Positions 14,549-41,436 of a DNA stretch of 64,000 nucleotides are shown here, one piece after another. The DNA is taken from assembly GCF_009914755.1 (NCBI RefSeq), contig NC_060947.1. One strand, 5' to 3'. The DNA is from the human T2T-CHM13v2.0 reference genome, Homo sapiens. How positions within the stretch are numbered: position 1 is the stretch's first letter; each line of letters starts with the position of its first letter. The notes beneath the pieces are model-generated. The model worked only from the letters and a program-made list of their open reading frames with translations. It did not search any database and was not told the origin of the DNA. The translations under genes were made by a program, and so were the position numbers.

Positions 14549-15678
14549 TGATTGTTATTTTTTAAGTGTCAACTTGGCTATGCTATACTACCCAGTTATT
14601 AAATCAAATACTAATCTAGATGTTGCTGTGAAGGTATTTTATAGATGTGATTAACATGTACGAATCAGTTGACTTGAAGTAAAGGAGATTACCCTCAATA
14701 ATGTGGCTGGGCCTCATCCAATCACTTGAAGGCCTTAAGAACAAACATGATGTTTCCTGGAGGAGAAGGAATTCTGCCTCAAGACCGTAGCATCATCTCC
14801 TGCAGAGTTTCTAGTCCGACAGCCTGCTCTGTGGATTTCAGACTTGCCAGCCCCCACAATTGCATGAGCCAATTTTTAAAGACAACTCACTTATAAGTTT
14901 TATAAAGACAAAATAAAAAAGATAAATAAAATAATAAAAAAGATAAAATATAAATCTTATTTATAAGAGAGTTATCTTTAAAAATAAGATTCTATTTGTC
15001 CTATTTGTTCTATTTTTCTGAAGAACACTGACTGACATAGCTTTTGTTACCAAGAATGGTTCTAGAGGAACAGAATCTTAAGGATGGGTTTTCTGAATTG
15101 GTTCTGAAGTTTCCAAAATTGCTTCTCTGATCTGATTAGGTTTAAATGCACTAATGACTACTTACAATAGTAAAGAGGACACTGGGGGAAATGAAATAAT
15201 CAGACTTTTCAGAAATCACTAAACACAAGGTCTGAACTGACGTGAATTCCAGGAGACTCAAAATGGCACTGTGGTCCACCAGTCAGATTAGGGGCTTATG
15301 GGGATCAGTTATTTAATGGAGTTTTAGTTCACATCTACCTCACAGTGGCCTCAGTAGGTTCCTGAAACCATCCTCTGGTTATTTCCCCAGTTCTGGGACA
15401 TATAATTGGAATAGACACAGTCGGCAGCAACTGGTAGAATCCGCACATTGATTCCCTGGCTTGTGGATTGAGGGTTATTATGGTAGAAAAGGTCAAGTGG
15501 AACTCACTAGAACTGCCTCTGCTTAGAAAAATATTAAACAAAAAGCAATACTACATTCCTGGAGGGACTGTAGAGATCAGTGCCACCACCAACGGCTTGA
15601 AAAATGCAAGGGTGATGATTCCCACCATATCCCCATTCAACTTACCTATTTGGCCTATATAGAAAACACATGGATTTT

Positions 15679-15785
15679 TTGCTTGCTTCAACAACACATA
15701 TACTATAATTAGAACAATACAGAGAAGATTATCATGACCCCTGTGCAAAGATGACATGCAAATTTGTGAAGTATTTCATATTTTT
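15679..15785 (+). pseudogene. RNU6: Full-length U6 snRNA retropseudogene (5' part of a U6-L1 chimera)
   Basis: gcttgcttcaacaacacatatactataattagaacaatacagagaagattatcatgacccctg...catatttt is colinear with U6 and includes the ACAGAGA box. Confidence 0.95.
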
Positions 15786-15923
15786 GAGAAATGATAAATG
15801 CTTAAGGTGATGGATATGGTAATTACCATGATTCGATCACTATACAATTTATACATTTATGGAAACATCCATCATGTTGTACCCTATAAATATGTATAAT
15901 TATTATGTGTCAATTTTTTAAAA
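15786..15923 (+). mobile_element. L1MA 3' terminus fused to U6
   Basis: agaaatgataaatgcttaaggtgatggatatg...tataattattatgtgtcaatt L1MA 3'-end motif. Confidence 0.85.
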
Positions 15924-18682
15924 GTTGAATCTTGGAGAATGACAGTGGATTTTCAAAAGCTTAACCAGGTAGTGACTCCAATTGCAGCTGCTGCACCAGA
16001 TGTAGTTTCATTGCTTTAACAAATTAATATATCTTCTGGTATCTGCTATGCAGCTATCAATTTGGCAAATGCCTTTTTTCTAAATGTCTGTTAGTAAAGA
16101 CCACCAGAAGAAGTTTGCTTAATCTGGCAAAGCTGGCAATACTTTTCTTATCTCTATCAGTTCTCTACCTTATTTCATAATTTACTTCACAGGAAACATG
16201 CTTGACTTCCCCTTCCACAAGACATCACACTGATTCATTGCATGGATGACATTATGTTGATTGGACCTAGTGAGCAAGCAATAGCAACTACTCTAGACTT
16301 ATTGGTAATACATTTACACATCAGAGGGTGAGAAAGAAATTTTTTAAAATAAGATAACTTTTACATCAGTGAAATTTTTTCTATGAACTTTTACCTCATA
16401 GAAATTTCTATGGCTCCAGTGATGCGGGGCATATAAAGATATCCTTTCTATGGTAAAGATTATGTTCTTGCATCTGGCCTTTTCTACAACCAGAAAAAAT
16501 GCACAACACCTGATGGGCCTCTTTAAACTTTTGAGGCAACATATTTCTCATTTGGCTCATTTACTGAGTGACCTAAAAAGTTGCTAGTTTTGAGTGGGGC
16601 CCAGAACAAGTGAAGTCTCTGCAACTGGTCCAGGCTGCCATGCAAGCTGCTCTGCCACTTGGGCCATATGTTCCAGAAGATTCAATGGTGCTTGAAGTGT
16701 CAGTTGCAGATAGAAATGCTTCTTGGAGCCTTTGGCAGGCCGCTATAGGTGAATTGCAACACATATTCATAGGAATTTGGAGCAAAGCTCTGCTGTCCTC
16801 TGCAGATAACTACTATCCTTTTGAGAAACAGCTTTTGGCTTGCTACTGGGCCTTAGTAGAGACTGAAAAATTAACCTTTGGTCACCATGCTGATGCTACA
16901 ATGTGACCTGAGCTGTCCTTCATGAACTGAGTATTATCTGACCCACCAAGCCATAAAGTTGGGCATGCACACCAGCACTCAATCACCAAATGGAAATTGT
17001 ATACAAAGTTGGGCTTGAGCAGGCCCAGAAGGCACAAGTAAGCTACATGAAGAAGTGGCCCAAATGCCTATGGCCCCACTCTTAGTATATTACCCCCTCT
17101 CTCCCACCCTGCGCCTATTGCCTCATAGGAGTTCTCTGTGATAAGTTGAATGAAGAAGAGGAAATGAGCCTGGTTTACAGATGGTTGTCCATGATATGAA
17201 GCCACCACCTGAAAGTAGGCAGCTCTGCCACTAATAACCCCTTTCTGGGATATCCCAGAAAGACAGCGATGAAGGGAAATCCTCCCGGTGGGCAGAACAT
17301 AGAGCACTGCATATTGTACCTTGTTGTTCATTTTTACTTAGAAGGAGAAATGGCCAGAAGTTTGAGTGTATGTTGGTTCATGGACGGTGTCCAGTGGTTT
17401 AGATGGATGGTTAGGGACTTGGAAGGAACATGATTGGAAAATTGGTGATGAGGAGGTAAGAGAAAAAGATATGTGGGTGGACCTCTATGAATGGGTTAAA
17501 AAAAAAACCCTGAAGATATTTGTGTCCCATGTGAATGCTAACCAAAGAGCGACCTCAGCAGAGCAAGATTTTTATAATCAAGTGGATAGGATGACCTGTT
17601 CTGTGGATAACAGTCAGTCACCTTCCTCAGCTACTTCTGTCATTGCCCAACGGGCTCATTTACAAAGTGGTCATGGTGGTAGGGATATAAATTACTCATG
17701 GGATTAGCAACATGGACTTCAATTCACTAAGGTTGACCTGGCTATACCCACTGCTCAGAGTACTCAATCTGTCAGCAGCAGAGACCATCACTGAGTCATT
17801 CCCCAGGGTGATCAGCAAGTTATTGATGTCTGGTTGATTATATTCAACCACTTCTATCATAGAAGGGACAGCATTTTTTCTTACTGGAATAGAAACTTAC
17901 TCTAAGTATGGATTTACCTTCCTTGCTCACAATGATTTTGCCAAAACTACCATCTGTGGACTTACAGAATGCCTTATCCACTGCCATGTTATTCTACATA
18001 ACATTGCTTCTGATTAAGGAACTCACTTTACATATGAAGTTGGAGCAGTGGGCCCAAGTTCATCGAATTCACTGGCCTCACCATGTTCCCAGCCATCCTG
18101 AAGCAACTGGTTTGGTAGAATAATGTAATGGCCTTTTAAAGGCTTGGTTATAGTATTAACTACATGGCACCACCTTGCAGGACTGGGGCATGCTCTTTAG
18201 GAGGCTATATATGCTCTAAATAAGTGTCAAATATATGGTGCTCTTTCTCCTGTAGACAGGATTCACAGGTCCAGGAATCAAGGGGTGAAAATTGGAGTGG
18301 TATTACTTACTATACCCTAGTTATCCACTAGCAAAGTTTTTGCTTCCTGTCCCCATGACCTTATGCCATGCTGGTCTTGAGGTCTTAGTTCCAAAGGGTG
18401 GGATGCTACCACCAGGAGATACAATAATTCAATTGAACTGTAATTTAAGATTGTTACCCTGCTACTTTGGGCTTCTTGTGCCTCTAAGTTAATGGGCAAC
18501 AAAGGGAGTTACTGTACTGCTGGCGTGATTGATCTTGATTACCAAGGAAACAGTTTGCAACTTGTTGGGCTCTTACTTCACAATAGAGGTAAGTAAGTAT
18601 GAGTATGTCTGGAATACAGTAGACCCATTAGAAGATCTCTTAGTACTACCAGGTCCTGTGATTAAGGTCAACGGAAAGCTAC

Positions 18683-18806
18683 AGCTGGGCATGGTGGCAC
18701 ACATCTGTAGTCCCAGTTACTCAAGAGGCTGAAGCAGGAGTATTGTTTGAGCCAAGGAATTCAAGGCCAGTCTCAGCTACATAGTGAGACTCCCATCTCT
18801 AAAAAG
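18683..18806 (+). mobile_element. FLAM-type Alu monomer
   Basis: ~120-bp monomer with short A tail inside the ERVL internal region. Confidence 0.85.
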
Positions 18807-19028
18807 CACTACTATAATTCAACTCAATGGGACTACTAATTGCTCAGAACTCTCCGGAATGAAGGTTTGGGTCACCCTACCCCAGCCCACCAGGGAAGGA
18901 ACCATAAGAAGCTGAGATATTTGCTGAGGGCAAAGGGAATATGGAATGGGTAATGGAAGAAGGTTGTTTTAAATACCAGCTAGGAGTTGCAGATGATCAG
19001 TTGCAGAAACGAGAATCGTAATTATTAT

Positions 19029-19325
19029 TATTATTAGTAGTAGTAGTACTAGTGTTTGAGATGGAGTTTTTGCTCTTGTTGCCCAGGCTGGAGTGCAATA
19101 GCGCAACCTCCGCCCCCCGGGTTCAAACGATTCTCCTGCCTCAGCCTCCCAAGTAGCTGGGATTACAGGCATGCGCCTCTACGCCCTGCTAATTTTGTAT
19201 TTTTAGCAGAGATGGAGTTTCTGCATGTTGGTCAGTCTGGCCTCGAACTCCCAACCTCAGGTGATCTGCCCGCCTCGGCCTCCCAAAGTACTAGGATTAC
19301 AGGTGTGAGCCACCATGCCCGGCCA
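19029..19325 (-). mobile_element. AluSp/Sq-like SINE with (TAT)n(TAG)n tail
   Basis: TSD agaat(c/t)gtaattattat at 19012-19028 and 19326-19342. Confidence 0.95.
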
Positions 19326-19684
19326 AGAATTGTAATTATTATGAGTAGTTCTTCCTTATAATAAGGGGGAAATACTCATAGAATTTTTCTTTGTCATAAA
19401 TATGCTTGTTTGTGTGTATATTCATGTCAATTTTCATTTCTTCTCTCTCATCTTCTTATCATATAAAATAAAATGTATTAGTAATAATTAACCTTACATC
19501 ACAGTATTTAAGTCACAGGATATCAAGGAGAAGAATGAATATAACCCAGGGACTTTGCATCCTCTCACGAGGAAAGGGTTAGTGCATTTTCAGTTGTACA
19601 GAGTTGTAACAAGAGTTGTGTCTTGTTAGATGGAAGCATGAATTTGTTATTATCTTTATTTGGAGATATATGTATGGGTGCCTA

Positions 19685-20037
<353 letters not shown>

Positions 20038-22921
20038 ATACGTCAACTTAGCTAGTTTATAGCACTGTTATTTAATCAAACATTGATTTAGGTGTTTCTA
20101 TGAAGGCATTTTGTGGTTTACATGTACAATAATTTGATTTGAAGTAGAGCATATTACCCTTCATAATGTGGATGGGCTTCATCCAATGAGTCTCAGGCTG
20201 TAAGAGCAAATCCTGAAGTTTTTCTGGCAAAGAAATATGTCAAGACTAAAGTGTCACGTTCTGCCAAGTTTCTAGCCTGCTGGTTTGCCCTACAGATTTC
20301 CAAGTCAAGATTGCTGCATCAACTCCTGCTGGAGTTTCCAGCCTGCCAGCCTGTCCTACAGAATTCAGACTTGCCAGCCCCCACAACTATGTGAGCCAAT
20401 TCCTTGAAATATATCCTATATATGTCTTTATATATATACTTATAAATATATGTATATTTACATATTTATCTCCTATTGGTCTGTTTCGAGAACACTGACT
20501 GATACAAATGTGGAGGGATAATTTTAAATAGGATGGAGAGGAAAGGTAACTTATGAGTACCATTTATATTCCCATCAATAGTTAATGCTTTTTATTTTTA
20601 CTGTTTTCAAAAAAGTACTTTATTTTTCAAATTATTTTTAAATAAACTTTTCATTTTGAGATAATGTAGATTCACATGCAGTTTATTGATCTTTTCAAAG
20701 AGCTAGATTTTGGTTTTTAATTTTTATTGATTTCTCATATTATCTTTATTATTTCCTTCCTTCTGCTTGCTTTGGGTTTGTTTTGCTCTTTTTCTGTTTT
20801 ATAAATTTCTTTTTTAAAGCTTTTTAAAAACTCAGTGGTAAGAATTTTCAAGTTTCTTCAGGGTGAATCTTAGATGATTGTTTTGAGATGTTTCCTGTTT
20901 TCTTTTTTAAAAAAATTTTTATGGGTACAAACTAGGTGTGTATATTTATGGGTTACATGAAATATTTTGATGCAAGCATGCAACATGTAATGATTACATC
21001 AGGGTAAATGGGGTAACCATCCTCTCAAACATTTATCCTTTGTGTTACAAACAATCTAATTATAACATCGTAGTTATTTACAAATGTACAGTTAAATTAT
21101 TTTCTCTATAGTCACCCTGTTATGCTAGCAAAAACTGGGTTTTATTCATTCTTTGTAACTATTTTTTTGTACACATTAACCACCTCCACTTCCTACCCCA
21201 CACCCACTACCCTTCTTAGCCTCTGGTAACCATCCTTCTATTCTCTAGCTTCATAAGTTCAATTATTTTAATTTTTAGCTCCCACAAATAAGTGAGAACA
21301 TGTGATCTTTGTCTTTCTGTGCCTGGCTTATTTTGCTTAACATAATAATCTCCATTTCCATCTGTGTTGTTGCAGATGACAGGATTTCATTTTTTATGGG
21401 TGAATAGTACTCCATTGTGTATATGTACCACATTTTCTTTATCCATTCATCTGTTGATGAACACTTAGGTTGCTTGCAAATCTTGGCTATTGTAAATAGT
21501 GCTGCAATAAATATGGGAGTGCAGATACCTCCTTGATATACTGATTTTCTTTCTTTTGGGTATATACCTAGGAGTGGGATTGCCAGATCATATGGTAGCT
21601 CTATAGTTAGTTTTTTTGAGTTCTCCATTAGTAGTTGTACTAATTTACATCCCCACCAATAGTGTATGACGGTTCCCTTTTCTCCACATCCTCACCAGCA
21701 TATATTATTGCCTGTCTTTTAAATAAAAGGCATTTTACCTGGGGTAAGACAGTATCTCACTGTAGTTTTGATTTTCATTTCTCTGATAATCAATAATGTT
21801 CAGCACATTTTCATATATCTGCTTGTCATTTGTGATGTATTATTTTCAGAAACGTCTATTCAAATCTTTTGCTCATTTAAAAATTGAATTATTAGACATT
21901 TTTCCCATTGAGTTGTTTGAGCTCCTTATATATTCTGGTTATTAATTCCTTGTCAGATGAGTAGTTTGCAAATATTTTCTCCCCTTCTGTGGGTTGTCTC
22001 TTCATTTTGTTGATTGTTTCCTTTGCTGTGCAGAAGCTTTTCGACTTGATGTAATCCCATTTGTCCATTTTTGCTTCGGTTGCCTGTGTTTGTAGGGTAT
22101 TACTCAACAAATTTTTCCCCAGGCCAATGTCCTGGAGATTTTCCCCAATGTTTTCTTGTAGTAGTTTCATAGTTTGAGGTCTTAGATTTAAGTCTTTAAT
22201 CCATTTTGATTTGATTTTTGTATACGGCAAAAGACAGGGTTCTAGATTCATTCTTCTGTACGTGGATATCCAGATTTCTCAGCGCCATTTATAGTCTTTT
22301 CCCTAGTGTATGTTCTTGGCACCTTTGTTGAAAATGAGTTCACTGCAGGTGTGTGAATTTGTTTCTGGTTTCTGTATTCTGTTGCATTGGTCTACGTGTC
22401 TGTTTTTATGCTGGTACCATGCTGTTTTGGCTTCTGTAGCTCTGTAGTATAATTTGTAGTCAGGTAATGTAATTCCTTCAGGTTCGTTCTTTTTGTTTAG
22501 GATAGCTTTGGCTATTCTGGGTCTTTTGTGGTTTTAAATACATTTTAGTATTGTTTTTGTTATTTCTGTATAGAAATAAAATTTCTGTAAAGAAATAGAA
22601 AATAGATAGGAATTGCATTAAATCTGTAGATTGCTTTGGGTAGTATGGACATTTTAACAACATCGATTCTTCCAATACATGAACATGGAATGTCTTTCCA
22701 TTTTCTTCTGTCTTCTTCAATTTTTTGCATCAGTGCTTTATAGTTTTCATTGCAGAGATCTTTCACTTCTTTGATTAGGTTAATTCCTAAGTATTTAATT
22801 TTATTTGTAGCTATTGTAAGTGGGATTACTTTCTTGATTTCCTTTTCAGATTGTTGGCTGTTGAGAAATGCTACTGATTGCTGTATGTTGATCTTGTGTC
22901 CCGCAACTTTACTGAATTTTT

Positions 22922-29118
<6,197 letters not shown>

Positions 29119-29702
29119 TACTGAATTTTTAAATTAGTTCCAATAGTTTTCTTGTGAAGGCTTTTGGTTTTTCCAAATGTAAGATTATATCATCAGCAAA
29201 CAAGGGTACTTTGACTTTTCCTTTCCAACTTGGATGCCCTTTATATCTTATTCTTGTCTGATAACTCTAGCTACAAGTTCCAGCACTACATTGAATAACA
29301 GTGGTGAAAGCGGACATCCTTGTCATGTTCCAGATCTTAGAGGAAAGACTTTCAATTTTTTGTGATTCATTCCGATACTAGCTGTTGGTCTGTAATATAT
29401 AGCTTTTATTATGTTGAGGTATGTTCCTTCTATACACAGTTTTTGAAGGATTTTATCATGAAGGGATATTGAATTTTATCAAATGCTTTTTCAGCATCAA
29501 TTGAAATGATCATATGGATTTGTTCTTCATTCTGTTGACATGATGTATCACAGTGATTGATTTGCATATGTTGAACCATTCTTGCTTCCCTGGGATAAAC
29601 CCCGTTGATCATGATGAGTTATCTTTTTAATTTGTTGTTGTATTTTGTTTGCTAGTATTGTGTTGAGAACTTTTGCATCACTAGCAGAGATATTGGCCTA
29701 TA

Positions 29703-30014
29703 TTTTTTTTCGTTTTTTTGTTTTTTGTTTTTTGAGACAGGATCTTGTTCCATTTCTCAGGCTGGAGTGCAGTGGTGTGGTTTTGGCTCACTGCAACCCC
29801 CACCTCCTAGGTTTAAGTGATTCTCCTTCCTCAGCCTCCTGAGTAGCTGGGATTACACACACCTGCCACCACACCCAGCTAATTTTTGTATTATTAATAG
29901 AGATAGGATTTCACTGTGTTAGCCATGTTGTTCTGAAACTCCTAACCTCAAGTAATCTACCTGCCTCAGCTGCCCAAAGTGCTGAAATTACGGCATGAGC
30001 CACCACGTCTGGCC
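29703..30014 (-). mobile_element. Alu (S/J-type) SINE
   Basis: TSD core agatattggcc at 29688-29698 and 30015-30025. Confidence 0.93.
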
Positions 30015-31341
30015 AGATATTGGCCCACGGTTTTCTGCTTTTGATGTGTCTTTGTCAGTTTTGGTATCAGGGTAATACTTTCCTCATAGAATGATTTTGA
30101 AAGTTTTCCTTCCTCCTCTATTTTTTAGAGTAATTTGAGTAGAATTGGTATTAGTTCTTCTTTAAACATTTGGTAGAATTCAGCAGTGAAGCCATTAGGT
30201 CCTGAACTTTTTTTTTGCAGGGGAATTTTTATTATGGTTTCAATCTTGTTACTTATTATTGGTCACCTCAGGTTTTGAATTTTTTCCTGGTTCAGTCTTG
30301 GTAGGTTGTATGTGTCTAGGAATGTATCAATTTCTTTTAGATTTTATAATTTATTGGCATAAAGTTGCTCTTAGTAGCCTCTAATGATCCTTTGAATTTC
30401 TGTGGTATTGGATGTAATGTCTCCTTTTTCATCTCTGATTTTATTTGCATCTTCTTTCTTTATTTCTTAGTCTGGCTAAAGGTTTGTCTATTTTGTTGAA
30501 TTTAAAAAAAAAACTTTTTCTATTTTGGATCTTTTATTTTTTTGTTTCAATTTTGTTTATTTCTGCTCTAGTCTTCATTATTTTTTTTTTTCTGCTAATT
30601 TTGGGTTTGGTTTTCTCTTGTTCTTCTAGTTTTTTAAGATGCATCATTAGATTGCTTATTTGAAGTTTTTGTCTTTTTTGATTTAGGTACTTATGGGTAT
30701 AAATTTCCTTCTCAGCACTGCTTTTGCTGTATCCCATCGGTTTTGTGTGTAGTGTTTCCATTGCCATTTGTTTCACAAAATTTTTCAACTTTCTTCTTAA
30801 TTTCTTCATTGGTCATTCAGGAGCATATTGTTTAATTTCTAAATGTTTGTATAGTTTTCAAAATGTCTATATTGATTTCTAGTTGTATTACACTGTGGTC
30901 AGAAAAGATGCTGAATGTTATTTTATTTTCTGAATTTTTTGAATGTATCAGGAGTTGTTTTGTGCCCTAACATATATTCTATTCTTGAGAATGATCCATG
31001 AGCTGAGGAGAAAAATGTGTATTCTGTAGCTATTGGATAAAGTGTTCTGTAAATATCTACTAGAACCATTTGGTCTATAGAGTAGATTAAGTCCAGTGTT
31101 TCTTTGTTGATTTTCTGTCTGGCAGATCTGTCCAATGCTGAGGGTAGAGTGTTGAAGCCTCCAGCTATTATCGTATTGGTGTCTATCTTACTCTGTAGCT
31201 CTAATAATGTTTGCTTCATATTTCTAGGTGCTCCATTGTTGGGTGCATATATATTTACAATAGGTATATCCTCTTTAACAAAAAGATTGAAATAATTAAG
31301 AAGAATCAAGCAGAAATTCTGGGCTGGAAAAATGCAATTGA

Positions 31342-37492
<6,151 letters not shown>

Positions 37493-40400
37493 GAAAAATG
37501 CAATTGACACACAGAATAATGCATCAGAGTCTTTTTAAATGTTTCTTTATTTTTTTCTGTTTTTCTTCTAAAAAAGGGACAGTGTCTTTTAATAGCAGAA
37601 TGGATCAAGCAGAATAAAGAATTAGTGAGCCTAAAGACAGGCTCTTTGAAAATACATTGTTAAATTGTTAAAATTAAAAATGTTAATTGTTAAATTGACT
37701 TCTTTATCATTGTATGGTGACCTTTGTCTCTTCTTACAGTTTTTGTCTTAACATCTGTTTTTTTCTGATATAAGTATAGTTACTCCTGCTCTTTTTGGTT
37801 TCCATTAGCATAAAACGTATTTTTCCACTCCTTTATTTTCAGTCTATGTGTATCTCTATAGGTGAAGTGTGTTTCTTCTTGGTTACAGATAATTGGGTCT
37901 TGTTGTCTTATCTATTCAGCCAGTCTAGGTGTTTTGACTGGAGCATTTAGTTCATTTATTCAATGTTATTATTGATAAGTAAGAACTTACTTCTGCCATT
38001 TTGTTAATTTTTTTTTTTCTGGTTGTTTTGTGGTCTCTTCCTTCTTTCCTTTCTGCCTGTCTTCCTTTTAGTGAATGTAATTTTTCTCTACTGGTATGTT
38101 TTAATTTTTTGTTTTTTATTTTTTATGTATCTGTTGTACGTTTTTTGGTTTGAGGTTACCATGAGGCTTCAAATACTATCTTATAACCCATTATTTTAAG
38201 CTGATAACTTAATACTGTTTGCATAAATAAAGGAAAAGAAAAACTAATAAAAACTCTACACTTTTTAACTTTATCCCTTTACCTTTTAACTTTTTGTTGT
38301 TTCTATTTATATTTTATTGTACTTTTATGTCTTCAAAAGTTGTAGTTATTATTTTTGATTGGTTCATTGTTTAGTCTTTCTATTTAAGATACAAGCACCA
38401 CAGTTAGAGTGTTATTCCATTTTTCTGTAGTTATTATTACAAATGAGTTTTGTATGTTAGATGACTGTTCATTGGTCATTAAAATTCTTTTCTTCCTGAT
38501 TGAAGTATTCCCTTTTGCATTTCTTGTAGAACAGGTCTGGTGTTGATAAAATCCCTCAGCTTTTGTGTGTGTGTGTGTGTGTCTGGGAAAGCCTTTATTT
38601 CTCCTTCATGTTTAAAGGATATTGTTGCCAGATATACTATTCTAGAATAAATGTTTTATCCTTTGACACTTTTAATATTTCATGCCACTCTCTCCTGGCC
38701 TGTAAGGTTTCCACAGAGAAGTCTGCTAACAGACATATTGGAGCTTCATTTTATGTTATTCGTTTCTTTTCTCTTACTGCTTTTAGGATCCTTTCTTTAT
38801 CCTTGACCTGTGGGAGTTTGATTATTAAATGTCTTGAAATAGCCTTCTTTGGGTTGAATCTGCTTGGTGTTCTATAATGTTCTTGTACATGGATATTGAT
38901 ATCTTTCTCTAGGTTTGCAACATTGTTATTTTGCATTTGCATAAATTTTCTACCCCTATCTCTTCTTTACCTTCTCTTTAAGGCCAATATATCTTAGATT
39001 TTTCCTTTTTAGGGTATCTACTAGATGCTGTAGGCATGCTTTATTGTTTTTTATTCTTTTTTTCTTTTGTCTCCTCTATGTATTTTCAAATAGCCTGTCT
39101 TCAGGCTCACTAATTCTTCGTTCTGCTTGATCCATTCTGTTATTAAAAGACTCTGATGCATTCTTCTGTATGTCAACTGCATTTTTCAAACCCAGAATTA
39201 CTGCTTGATTCTTTTTAATTATTTCAATATTTTTGTTAAATTTATGTGATAGAATTCTGAATTTCTTCTCAGTGTTATCTTGTACTTCTTTGAATTTTCT
39301 CAAAACAGGTATTTTGAATTGTCTAGCTGAAAGGTCACATATCTCTATTGCTCCAAAATTGGCCCCTGGTGCCTTCCTTATTTCATTTGGGGCGGTCATG
39401 TTTTCCTGGATGTCACTATGCTTGTGGATGTTTGTCTGTGTCTAGGCATGAAAGAGTTAGATATTTATTGTATTCATTGCAGTCTGGGTTTTTAAAAGTC
39501 TTTCCGTGGATTTGAAAGGACTTGGGTATAGTGATGTAAGCCATATCTGCATAGGGGCACCTAAGTCCAGTAATGCTGTGGTTCTTGCAGACTTTTAGAG
39601 GAACCTCCTTAATGGTCTTGAACAAGATCCAGAGGATCTCTTTGGATTATCAGGCAAAGACTCTTGCTCTCTTCCCTTACTTTCTACCAAACAGTCTCTT
39701 TCTCTCTCTTTTCTGAATCACCTGGAGGTGGGAGTGGCATGACACTAGCATCTCTGTGGCCACAACCACTATGACTGTTCTGGGTCAGACCTGAAGTCAG
39801 CACAGCACTCGGTCTTGCCCAACACCTGCTGTAACAACTACCTAGCTACTGCTTATGTTCACCTATGGCCCTAGGGCTCTACAATCACCAGGTGGCAAAG
39901 CCAGCTAGGGTTGTGTCCTCCCCTTCAAGGTGGTGAGTTCCCCCAGGCCCTGGATATGTCCAGAGGTACCTTCAGGGAGCCAGGGGCTAGAGTCAAAAGC
40001 CTTAGAAGTCTGCCGGTTGTTCTACTGTACTGCAGCTGAGCTGACACTTAAACCAGGAGTTACAATTTTTCCCACTCTTTTCTTCTTTTTCCACAGGCAA
40101 AGATGCCTCTCCCCATGGCCATTTCCCCCACAAACACACAGGGAGTATTGCAAGGCTACCGCTAATGTTCCCTTAAGGCTCAAGGGCTCTTCAGTCAGCT
40201 GTGGTGAATGCTGCCTGGCCTAGGACTCACCCTTCAGGGAAGTGGGCTCCCCTCTGTCCCAGATCAGGTCCAGAAGTGCTGTTCAAGAGCCAAGTCCTGG
40301 TTCTAGGGATGCCAAGAGCCAGCTTGGTGGTCTATCCCCCTGTGGCCAAGCTGGTGCCTAAGGTGTAAGACAAAGTTCCCTTTACTTTTCTCTCCACTTT

Positions 40401-41436
40401 TCTCATGCAGAAGGAGTCTCTACCTGTAGCTACTACAGCTGGGAATGTGTTGAGTGTCACTTGAAGCCATCAAGTCTCAGAGTCTTACCCAAGTCCCATA
40501 GCATACTACTTGGGTATTGCTGCTAGTTATTCAGGACCCAAGGGCTCTTTAGTCAATAGGTGATAGGTCTTATCAGGACTGGGTTCTTCCCTTCAAAGAA
40601 GTGGGTTCCTTTCTGGCTGAGGGTGTGTCTAGAAATATTGTCCAGGAGTTAGGATCTGTGAAGGAGGCCTCAGGACTCTGACGGGTGCCCTATCCTACTG
40701 TGGTTGAGCTGATATCCAAGATGCATGAAAAAGTTCTCTTTACTATTCTGTCTCCTCTCCTTAAGCAGAAGGAAGGGTGTCTCCTTTGGAGCCCCGAACT
40801 ATGAAGCCTGGGGTTGAAGGAAGGGTGGCTCAAGTGCTCCCTTAGCTGCCTCGGCTGGCATCTCATTAGGTCATGTGCCCCCTCAGTTCGCTGACTCTGA
40901 GCCCAGTTCTTCACTAGGATTCACCTAGCAGTTGTAGTCCTTGTGGCCTAGACTGACTTTCAAGTTTATTTAGAGCCTCAAAGCATTTTAGCCTGTGGTG
41001 GCAAGGCTTGCCAGAACTCAAGTTCCCATCACTGGGTTGGGTGATTCCCTTCTGGCTAAGGCTGCTTTAAATAATCCCTCTGTGGGCGAGTGTCCGCTGG
41101 GTTCTGCCCAGTTTTGCCTTCTGCTATGACAGAGCACCATTGAGGTAAATGCAATATCTGGCAATTGCTGCACTCTCCCAAGCACACAGATTCTTTCTCC
41201 ACTGCATGGCTGCTGCCAGGGCATAGGAGATGGGTGATAGCAGTGATTAAAGACTGTCTCCTACCCTCCTCAGTGCCTTTTTGAGCCATTTGAAGTTAAA
41301 GCCAAGTACTTTGATTGTCATCTGATTTTTGGTTGTTATGAAAGTACTTTTCTTGTGTATAGATAGTTGTTAAATTTGTGTCCTCGAAGGGGGACAATTG
41401 GTGAATGCTTCTATTCGACCATCTTGTTCTCTTCCT

